Below, piece after piece: positions 39,986-46,919 of a stretch of 46,919 nt of DNA. The notes below the pieces were generated by a model. That model made no database searches. It saw nothing but the letters and a program-made list of their open reading frames with translations, and was not told the origin of the DNA. Positions within the stretch are counted from its first letter, which is position 1, and each line of letters starts with the position of its first letter. The translations under genes were made by a program, and so were the position numbers. The stretch is from contig JAINCQ010000042.1 of NCBI GenBank assembly GCA_036574205.1, forward strand, positions 1 through 46,919. The letters run 5' to 3'. The stretch is from Elusimicrobiota bacterium (lineage in GTDB: Bacteria > Elusimicrobiota > Elusimicrobia > Elusimicrobiales > UBA9959).

Positions 39986-40929
39986 AAATTAATTGTAATA
40001 AGACTAAGATAATAATTTCAGCAATAGTATTTTTAATTCTTTCTTATCTGTCTTTGAGTCTACCATCTGATTTTGATAAAGATATTTTAATAAACCTTAG
40101 AATCCCAAGATATCTTGGAATTCTGCTAACTGGTTTTTCGCTTTCAACTGCTGGCTTTATCCTTCAGCTTGTTACTAAAAATCCGCTTGCCGATCCCTTT
40201 ATTATCGGGACATCAGGCGCTTCAATGCTTGGAATAATTTTATGCTCTTTGATGCAAATTTCCTTTTATGATATAAGATATTTTTTCATAATCATATTTT
40301 TTTCTCTTTCTGTCACTATTTTCTCATACAAGCTTTCCTATCTTGGTTCATCAAAATCAGCAAACAACATACTTTTAAGCGGCATAGCAATAAATTCATT
40401 TATTCTTTCTTTAATAGTTCTTTTAATAATATTTTCAAGGGAATGGTCAATTAATTTTATGCATATTAGTTTTGGCAGTTTTTCATATTCTGATTATAAT
40501 AAATTGACTGTACTATACTCAATTTTTTTTATTCTAATTTTTCTTTTATTTTTCTTAAATAAATATATTCTTGTATTTTCGTTTGATGATGATAAAAGCA
40601 AAACTCTTGGGATAGATTCAAATAAAATAAAATTTATAATCTTTGTTATTGTTTCATTTTTGACATCAATATCTGTTTCAATATCTCAAATGATTGGGTT
40701 TATAGGTCTTATGATACCGCATATAACAAGGAGTTTTTTAAATAGAGAAAATTTTAATATTATTTTTATATTTAATCTTCTTTATGGAGGGTTATTTTTA
40801 CTTATGGCGGATGTTATTTCCAGAATGTTTTTCTATCCCTTAGAGCTTCCGCCTGGTGTTATATCGTCTATATTTGGTTCATTATTTTTTATCTGGCTTA
40901 TTTTAAGAAAAGAAGCAAAGAATTATTAG
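39982..40929 (+). CDS. FecCD/BtuC-family ABC permease
   Basis: LRIPR, KNPLADPFIIGTSGA, IGFIGLMIPH, ELPPG. Confidence 0.9.
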   Translation: MKINCNKTKIIISAIVFLILSYLSLSLPSDFDKDILINLRIPRYLGILLTGFSLSTAGFILQLVTKNPLADPFIIGTSGASMLGIILCSLMQISFYDIRYFFIIIFFSLSVTIFSYKLSYLGSSKSANNILLSGIAINSFILSLIVLLIIFSREWSINFMHISFGSFSYSDYNKLTVLYSIFFILIFLLFFLNKYILVFSFDDDKSKTLGIDSNKIKFIIFVIVSFLTSISVSISQMIGFIGLMIPHITRSFLNRENFNIIFIFNLLYGGLFLLMADVISRMFFYPLELPPGVISSIFGSLFFIWLILRKEAKNY

Positions 40930-40962
40930 TCAAGCTGAAAAAATATTTTAAGGAAAGTTAAG

Positions 40963-41151
40963 ATGGAGGAGTGGGAGAAGAAACAGTTAATCAAAGAGTT
41001 AAAAACTTCCCCGGAAGATAGAATAAGATGGTTGATAAAGGCAGTAAATTTCATATGGCTTTGCGCTGGTCCTGAAATTAAAGAAATATACAAAATTAAT
41101 TTTGAATTTTCATTTAAAAACTTAAATTCTTCTAATAAGATGAAATTTTGA
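40963..41151 (+). CDS. Small hypothetical protein between permease and ATPase
   Basis: 62-aa ORF with purine-rich upstream sequence; helical SPEDRIRWL segment; no recognised family. Confidence 0.4.
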   Translation: MEEWEKKQLIKELKTSPEDRIRWLIKAVNFIWLCAGPEIKEIYKINFEFSFKNLNSSNKMKF

Positions 41152-41223
41152 AAATGATATAATTTTAATATTAAAAAAGGATATGTATTATAGGAAGCAG
41201 GATATCTTTAAGTGGTGAATATT

Positions 41224-41970
41224 ATGATAGCTGTAAATAAGTTGAGTTTTTCATACAATGGGAAAAGAGTGCTTTATGATATAAGTTTTGAAATTGAAGA
41301 AGGGAGGATAATATCACTTTCGGGTCCAAATGGCAGTGGTAAAACAACGCTGCTTAAAATTTTATCTCAAATAATAAAAAATTATTCAGGCGAGATTTTT
41401 ATAGATGGTAAAAACTTAAAGGAATATAAAAAAAGTGAAATATCTCAATTGATTTCCTATGTTCCCAGCGAAGTAAATACCCCTTTTGATTTTAAAGTTA
41501 ATGATATAATTTTGATGGGAAGGATCCCATATACAGGTTTTCTAAATTCTTATTCAAAAAAGGATTATGAAGTAATAAAGAGTATAAGCAGGGATATAGG
41601 GATAAATCATATTTTAGATAGATACTATAATACCCTTTCAAATGGTGAAAAACAGCTTGTCTTGCTTGCCCAGTCATTATCTCAAGGTAGCAAAATAGTT
41701 GTTATGGATGAGCCTACTTCCCATCTAGATATAAAGCACAAAGTCAGGATTTTTGAAATTTTAAAAAATGAAGTAAAAGAAAAAGGGCTTACTGTTATTT
41801 CTGTTCTTCATGATTTAAAACTTGCAAAGGAGTTTTGCGATGATGTTTTATTTTTAAAGGATGGGAGATTGATTTTAAAGACCAGGGCTTTACAAATATC
41901 TGAAAATATTAGTTCTATTGCTTCCATATATGATATCGGGGAAGAAAATTGTAGAAAATATATCTTATAA
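41224..41970 (+). CDS. ABC transporter ATP-binding protein (BtuD/FecE-like)
   Basis: GPNGSGKTT, LSNGEKQ, VVMDEPTSHLD, VLHD. Confidence 0.93.
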   Translation: MIAVNKLSFSYNGKRVLYDISFEIEEGRIISLSGPNGSGKTTLLKILSQIIKNYSGEIFIDGKNLKEYKKSEISQLISYVPSEVNTPFDFKVNDIILMGRIPYTGFLNSYSKKDYEVIKSISRDIGINHILDRYYNTLSNGEKQLVLLAQSLSQGSKIVVMDEPTSHLDIKHKVRIFEILKNEVKEKGLTVISVLHDLKLAKEFCDDVLFLKDGRLILKTRALQISENISSIASIYDIGEENCRKYIL

Positions 41971-41982
41971 AGCAAGTTATCA

Positions 41983-42110
41983 TTATCCACAGTTTATACA
42001 CGATCGTGTAAAATTAGTGGATGTTGTTTAGAAGAGAGTTATATAATTTCTGGTAAATGATTATCCACAGTTTTTCAACGGTCGTGTAAAATTAGTGGAT
42101 GTTTTTTAGG
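41983..42110 (+). repeat. Two tandem copies of hairpin motif D, each starting with a perfect DnaA box
   Basis: TTATCCACAGTTTATACACGATCGTGTAAAATTAGTGGATG (41983) and TTATCCACAGTTTTTCAACGGTCGTGTAAAATTAGTGGATG (42061). Confidence 0.9.
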
Positions 42111-42331
42111 GTAAAATGAAAGTCTGGGTTTATGAAGTTTTAGAGATCTTGTTTTTTTAAAAAATCCAGGTTAGTTAATTGAAAGATAAGAATATAAGTA
42201 AAGATTTGATAAAAATCAAGTATTTACTATGGAATAAATTAACAAAAAATTCATAATTTTTTCATGATTTTTGAAATGTTTTATGCTAAAATATTTTAAG
42301 AAAAAGTTTGCTTTATATGAGTGGGAGTAAA

Positions 42332-43534
42332 ATGAAAAATATTTTTCGCATATCAATTATAATAATAACAATTTTTATATCAAAATTATTTGCAGGAGAT
42401 CTTAACGTTGAGATGGGTGCAACGGACGACTTTAGTGTATTTGGGATTGAAGGGAGTTACCTTGATCCAGACGTAGAAATAAAAGGTTTTACAGTATTTG
42501 GAGCAACTCAAAGCGCCTATACTGCAAATATACCAGCTGTTCCTGGAAATGTAATAATAAACGGTGTTCTTGGAGTATCAAGTGGAGCATATATAGCTGG
42601 AACAAGCACATTTAGTTATGTATCAAGTATAACAATACGTGGAGCTGATGCGATATTTATAAATGGGGGGACGAGTGGTCAACTTTTAAAGAAACATAGT
42701 GATGGATACTTGTACTGGGCAAATGATGAGGGTGGTGTAGCAGGAAGTGGATTACAATACAGGATACCGATGTGGATAAGTGACACAGTATTGAGCACAT
42801 CAGTGATACATCAAGATGGAGGGGAAAATAGCATAACATTGTTATTTGGTTCAACACTTACAGTTACAGGCAATGCTTTTAGTGTAGGTGGTTCAACGTT
42901 TGTGGTGAAGGAAGGGAAGGTTGGAATTGGGACAAATAACCCAATATACAATCTTGTGGTTTCATCTGGTGCTGGTGAAAACGGAGTGATAGTTGCGATA
43001 ACAACAGGGACAAGTGAAATGATAAGGATAACTGGAGCAGGGGAGATATATGCTAGCAAATTTATTGGTGATGGTTCTGGACTTATAAATGTTCCCGGGG
43101 ATAACTTAGGCAATCACATTGCAACGCAGGCGCTTAATATGGCGAACAAGGCTATTGATAATGTCTCAAGTATGACGATAACAGGAAGTGGTGTAACGGG
43201 AACGGACCCATTGTTTAAAGTGGCTGATTCTACGATGGTAGTTTTAAATAACGGCAACGTCGGAATTGGGACGACGAGTCCCACGACAAAATTTGTGGTG
43301 AACAATGGATCTGTAACGGTAACAGGGACAAATGCTAATTTGTTAGTAGCCGGCAATGTCGGCATCGGGACGACGAGCCCAAAGGCAAAATTGGATGTTA
43401 ATGGTGGGGATGTCTATATTTCTGGTAGTGGCAGCGGCTTAATTGTGAGGAGTCCAGATGGGAGTAGGTGTCTGAAAATCGGGGTTGACAATAGCGGGAA
43501 CGTAACTCTGACCTCTGTTACTTGCCCATCATAA
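42332..43534 (+). CDS. Secreted beta-rich fibre/adhesin-like protein with three G(K/N)VGIGT repeats
   Basis: GGGAG RBS, signal peptide, GKVGIGTNNP and two GNVGIGTTSP repeats, FIGDGSGL, GDNLGNH; Gly/Ser/Thr-rich. Confidence 0.8.
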   Translation: MKNIFRISIIIITIFISKLFAGDLNVEMGATDDFSVFGIEGSYLDPDVEIKGFTVFGATQSAYTANIPAVPGNVIINGVLGVSSGAYIAGTSTFSYVSSITIRGADAIFINGGTSGQLLKKHSDGYLYWANDEGGVAGSGLQYRIPMWISDTVLSTSVIHQDGGENSITLLFGSTLTVTGNAFSVGGSTFVVKEGKVGIGTNNPIYNLVVSSGAGENGVIVAITTGTSEMIRITGAGEIYASKFIGDGSGLINVPGDNLGNHIATQALNMANKAIDNVSSMTITGSGVTGTDPLFKVADSTMVVLNNGNVGIGTTSPTTKFVVNNGSVTVTGTNANLLVAGNVGIGTTSPKAKLDVNGGDVYISGSGSGLIVRSPDGSRCLKIGVDNSGNVTLTSVTCPS

Positions 43535-43544
43535 AGGGCCGATG

Positions 43545-43769
43545 TTGGTCTGTTTTCATAGGGAGACGTCCCCAGCCAGGAATGCCGCCACATGGTCCTG
43601 ATGGCGCAGGAAGTGTAGAAGGAAACTCATGACCGAGTGGGTCAAAACCGATTCCCAGGAATACAAATGGCTGTGCAAAGAAGGGGTGGAAGCCTTGCTG
43701 ATTGAAGTGATAAAGCAACAACAGAGGTTAAAGGCAAGAATTGATGAGTTGGAGAGTTTAACTAAATGA
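43545..43769 (+). pseudogene. Decayed peptidase S74 (tail-fibre intramolecular chaperone) domain
   Basis: RHMVLMAQEV* then, after a frame change, EWVKTDSQEYKWLCKEGVEALLIEVIKQQQRLKARIDELESLTK*, matching the GxIAQEV...LIEAIKEQQ coiled-coil pattern. Confidence 0.7.
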
Positions 43770-43847
43770 AAATAATCACTGTTATAAAAAGTGTATTAAA
43801 ACTGTTTTTTATGCATCAAATCATCTAACCCGATTTCCAAATTTCAT

Positions 43848-44128
43848 AACCTTCTCCCTTCCTTAGACGGTTTAACTGCTATGTCTCCCCTTCTTTCTTC
43901 ACCCTCACCTTAGTCCTCTCCCATTTTTTCACCCTCATCCTTCACCTTCCCCCATCAAGGGGGAAGGGATTTTACTACTCATCTATTTCTTTTTCTATAT
44001 TCACTCCTTGCTACACATATCCCCTCTCCTTTTTTGGAGAGGGTGAGGGTGAGGAGATTGAAGGGAGAAGAAAATAAATTTAAGGGGAAGGGACAGTTTG
44101 AATTTCATGGAAGGGCTTAGGGTTTGTG
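43848..44128 (+). repeat. Mosaic palindrome cluster, copy 5
   Basis: Starts CCTTCCTTAGACGGTTTAACTGCTATGTC; half A, B, inverted C units. Confidence 0.93.
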
Positions 44129-44167
44129 TTTGGCAATTTTAAGTTAAAAATTATATATAATGTCTAT

Positions 44168-44467
44168 ATGAAATCTCTGGAAAAGAAAATAACTGAGATT
44201 GTTAATCTTCTTAAAAAAGAAATTTCTCCACAAAAAATAATTTTGTTTGGCTCCAGAAGCAAAGGCAATGAAAAGTCTTTTTCTGATATTGATATTTGTG
44301 TCAGGACAGATACAAAACCAGACCATAGGAAATTGAGAATTATTTCGGAGAAAATTGATCAATTGGCTGGAATATATTCTGTGGATTTGATTTTCTGGGA
44401 AGATTTGCGCGAAGATTTTCAGAAAATGATAGAAAAAACAGGAAAGGTGCTTTATGAGGAAAAGTGA
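44168..44467 (+). CDS. Minimal nucleotidyltransferase (MNT antitoxin, HI0073-like)
   Basis: GSX10DXD motif FGSRSKGNEKSFSDID, plus VDL. Confidence 0.92.
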   Translation: MKSLEKKITEIVNLLKKEISPQKIILFGSRSKGNEKSFSDIDICVRTDTKPDHRKLRIISEKIDQLAGIYSVDLIFWEDLREDFQKMIEKTGKVLYEEK

Positions 44468-44846
44468 TGTTTTGATGGCATTGAATAATTTAGAGTTAGC
44501 ATATAAGCGTTTAGATGAAGCAGTAAAGATTGCATGCGATGAACTTGATAAGGATGGAGTGATCCAGAGATTTGAGTTTACATCAGAATTATTGTGGAAG
44601 ACACTTAAAATTATTCTTGAGTATAATAAAATTGATGCATCTGGCGGACCAAAGGATTGTATTAAAGAGGCATTCAAATATGGTTATATCCCGGATGATG
44701 AAATTATTCTGGATATGCTTGATGATAGAAATAGGAGTTCGCATATATATAATGAAAAAATTTCAAACGAAATTTTTGAAAGAATAAAAATAATATATTC
44801 CGCGGGAATAGGTGAAATTATCAGATTTTTGAAGAATAAGATATAA
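44454..44846 (+). CDS. HEPN-domain protein (HI0074-like; HepT-type toxin)
   Basis: DGVIQRFEFTSELLWK and RX4HXY motif RNRSSHIY; overlaps the MNT gene. Confidence 0.92.
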   Translation: MRKSDVLMALNNLELAYKRLDEAVKIACDELDKDGVIQRFEFTSELLWKTLKIILEYNKIDASGGPKDCIKEAFKYGYIPDDEIILDMLDDRNRSSHIYNEKISNEIFERIKIIYSAGIGEIIRFLKNKI

Positions 44847-45040
44847 TACTGCCACGGTTATTATTCAGGATTTTTTCAGGATTTCCTTTGTTATTCCGCT
44901 TACAATATTAATAATATGATAATTACAGGAAAGATAAAAATCTTTCTTTTCTTCTCTTTTTGCTTTTCTTTTTCAGGGATGATTTTTGCCGGAAATTGAG
45001 GTTCTGTGTCTTGCTCTTTTTTGAATTATTCGCCTTCTTT

Positions 45041-45391
45041 AACCTTTTCCTTTCCTTAGACGGTTTAACTGCTATGTCCCCTCTCCTTTTTCCACCCTCA
45101 CCTTAATCCTCTCCCGTCGAGGGAGAGGAAAATAGATATCAGCAAGGAGATTTAATTTTCACCCTCACCTTAATCCTCTCCCATCAATGGAGAGGAGAAT
45201 AAGTGTGAGCAAAGGGATTTATTTTTCACCCTCATCCTTCACCTTCCCCCATCAAGGGGGAAGGGATTTTGAATGTTATAATAATATTGTGTCTAGTTTA
45301 GAAAGGAAAGGAGAAGAGGAAAATAAATGTGTGATGAGATTTAAGAGAGAAGAAACGGTTTGACCGTCTAAGGAAGGTCTTAGATTTTGTG
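45041..45391 (+). repeat. Mosaic palindrome cluster, copy 6, with perfect 13-bp terminal inverted repeat
   Basis: TTCCTTAGACGGT (45052-45064) and ACCGTCTAAGGAA (45363-45375) enclose units A, A, B. Confidence 0.95.
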
Positions 45392-45443
45392 CTTAAAATG
45401 TAAAATAGGTCTTTAGTCCTATTTTAAAAAAGTCAAAAAGGTC

Positions 45444-45472
45444 TTGACATTTGTCATTATATACTCTATGAT
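45444..45472 (+). promoter_or_regulatory. Sigma70 promoter with overlapping palindrome
   Basis: TTGACA-17 nt-TATGAT; TGACA-TT-TGTCA (45445-45456) overlaps the -35. Confidence 0.7.
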
Positions 45473-45492
45473 ATTATTGGATTGGAGGCAAA

Positions 45493-46752
45493 GTGAATAG
45501 AATATTAAATATCCTTGCCGGGTTTATAATAGCAGTATCTTTTAATTTAAACTCCGCTGAATTTAAAGTTTTTAACGATAAGGTAATAAAAGAAAATTTT
45601 TCAATAACACCATCCTTTGATTTTACTATTAAAACTGATATAAAAGCTTCTTATGTTGATAGAAAAAAGGTAGGCGATTTTTCGTCAATTGCAAATTACG
45701 CTTTTTCTTATTTAAATAATATGATTGTAAATGCATCCTTCGCTTCACTTTCAACGATAGATTGTGTTATATATAGCATAAATATGAAAGATATTCCTGA
45801 TGCTTTAATTGCTGCGAGAGACAGAGGTGTTAAGGTTAGAATAATAATAGATGAAAGTCATGTTTATCCCAGGGCGGATGCTCAAATTAAAAAACTTATT
45901 CAGGCAGGTAAAGGAGTGGAGGTTAGGACATTGAGAGGAACAAGAAGTTATGGCGTAACTCATAATAAAATAACTATATTTGATAAGGCTCTTGTTATAA
46001 CTGGTTCATATAACTGGACATTTGGAGCCACTTTCTCAAATTATGAAAATCTCCTGTCTATGAGGCATCCAACATATGTAAAAGGATATATTGATTATTT
46101 TGAATGGATGTGGTCAAAATCAAGAACTATTGAACAGGGAGCTTCTCCGGAAGTACCTGAAGGATACTACGGAAAGCCGCCGCAGTCTCCGCAAAATATG
46201 ATAAGTTTAAACGGAACAGGCGTCCCGCTTTATCTTTTTTCTCCCGGTTCAGATACTGAGAATAAACTTGCTTCTTTAATTGATGCGGCAAAGGTTTCAG
46301 TCGATGCAGTTACTTTTACCTTTTCATCAAAACCCATAGCGGACGCTATAATAAGAGCGCATACAAGAGGGGTTAAAGTCAGATTCTTGCAAGATAAAGA
46401 TATGGCTAAATCTTCTGTTATGGCAAAACTGGTTTATGAAGCGGGGGTGCCATTTAGATGGACTGGGGGGAGAAACGATAAAGGGGCTATGCATAATAAG
46501 TTTATAATTTTAGATGGTCAGGTATTGGGAACAGGTTCTTTTAATTTTACCACCAATGCGAGTGTAAATTCTTTTGAGAATATTGTTTTTACAAATGATG
46601 AGACGATAGTAAAAGCTTATGGCTCTAAATTTGGATGGTTTTATTCTCAGGCAATAACTCCTGCTTCAGCTGATGAGTTTGATGAAGTTGATACAAGCAA
46701 AGCAAAGGGTTTTTATACTTTTACAAATGATACCAGTGTAGAAATAGATTGA
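45493..46752 (+). CDS. Exported phospholipase D-superfamily protein with two Nuc-like HKD domains
   Basis: GGAGG RBS, signal peptide, HNKITIFD..TGSYNWT and HNKFIILD..TGSFNFT. Confidence 0.9.
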   Translation: MNRILNILAGFIIAVSFNLNSAEFKVFNDKVIKENFSITPSFDFTIKTDIKASYVDRKKVGDFSSIANYAFSYLNNMIVNASFASLSTIDCVIYSINMKDIPDALIAARDRGVKVRIIIDESHVYPRADAQIKKLIQAGKGVEVRTLRGTRSYGVTHNKITIFDKALVITGSYNWTFGATFSNYENLLSMRHPTYVKGYIDYFEWMWSKSRTIEQGASPEVPEGYYGKPPQSPQNMISLNGTGVPLYLFSPGSDTENKLASLIDAAKVSVDAVTFTFSSKPIADAIIRAHTRGVKVRFLQDKDMAKSSVMAKLVYEAGVPFRWTGGRNDKGAMHNKFIILDGQVLGTGSFNFTTNASVNSFENIVFTNDETIVKAYGSKFGWFYSQAITPASADEFDEVDTSKAKGFYTFTNDTSVEID

Positions 46753-46827
46753 TGTTCTGATTAAAATTAAATAATTTGCTTATAAATTTTTTCCCTGTCA
46801 ACTCATCTAAGAATGTAACCATATTAG

Positions 46828-46882
46828 TTATCCACATGAATAGTTTTTGTGTGTGCCAATAATCTCATAATTCTGTGGATAA
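46828..46882. promoter_or_regulatory. Two inverted consensus DnaA boxes
   Basis: TTATCCACA 46828-46836 and TGTGGATAA 46874-46882 in AT-rich intergenic DNA. Confidence 0.55.
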
Positions 46883-46919
46883 TTACTAATATTTTTTATA
46901 TTAGAAAGATCTTTTAATA

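Noticed and set aside
43518..43721. 67-aa minus-strand ORF
   Set aside because: Antisense shadow of the S74 remnant on the + strand.
44850..45040. Possible gene remnant between HEPN and repeat copy 6
   Set aside because: Only short, low-complexity Lys/Arg-rich frames; no family could be recognised.

Overview
An AT-rich bacterial chromosomal segment, probably from an anaerobe. Elusimicrobiota-like affinity is a guess from the style of the surface protein and is not established. From left to right the window holds: the right end of an IS256-like element that truncates a capA-like gene; the distal part of an O-antigen/capsule cluster (frameshifted GT2, GT, glf, methyltransferase, wzx); glgP; housekeeping genes (csp, AmrB/A fusion, LOG, dxs, ispA, rsmD operon, uppP); a group 3b [NiFe] sulfhydrogenase operon; an IS66 remnant; fprA and a hydrogenase protease; cstA, CDF and APC transporters; htrA; a Thermococcus-type hypA plus Mrp-like ATPase coupled to a Btu-like ABC transporter; a secreted GNVGIGTT-repeat fibre-like protein followed by a decayed S74 chaperone domain; an MNT-HEPN toxin-antitoxin pair; a double-HKD PLD-family protein; and two inverted DnaA boxes at the right edge. 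The most striking non-coding signal is a family of six mosaic intergenic clusters, about 20 boxC/REP-like hairpins in total, with conserved linkers and inverted terminal modules. Two same-orientation copies bracket the toxin-antitoxin pair. A second, DnaA-box-containing hairpin family is associated with these clusters. The other leading candidate is module shuffling in the fibre-like gene at GC-rich GNVGIGTTSP-encoding 30-mers. No cognate recombinase or transposase for either candidate system is visible in the window.
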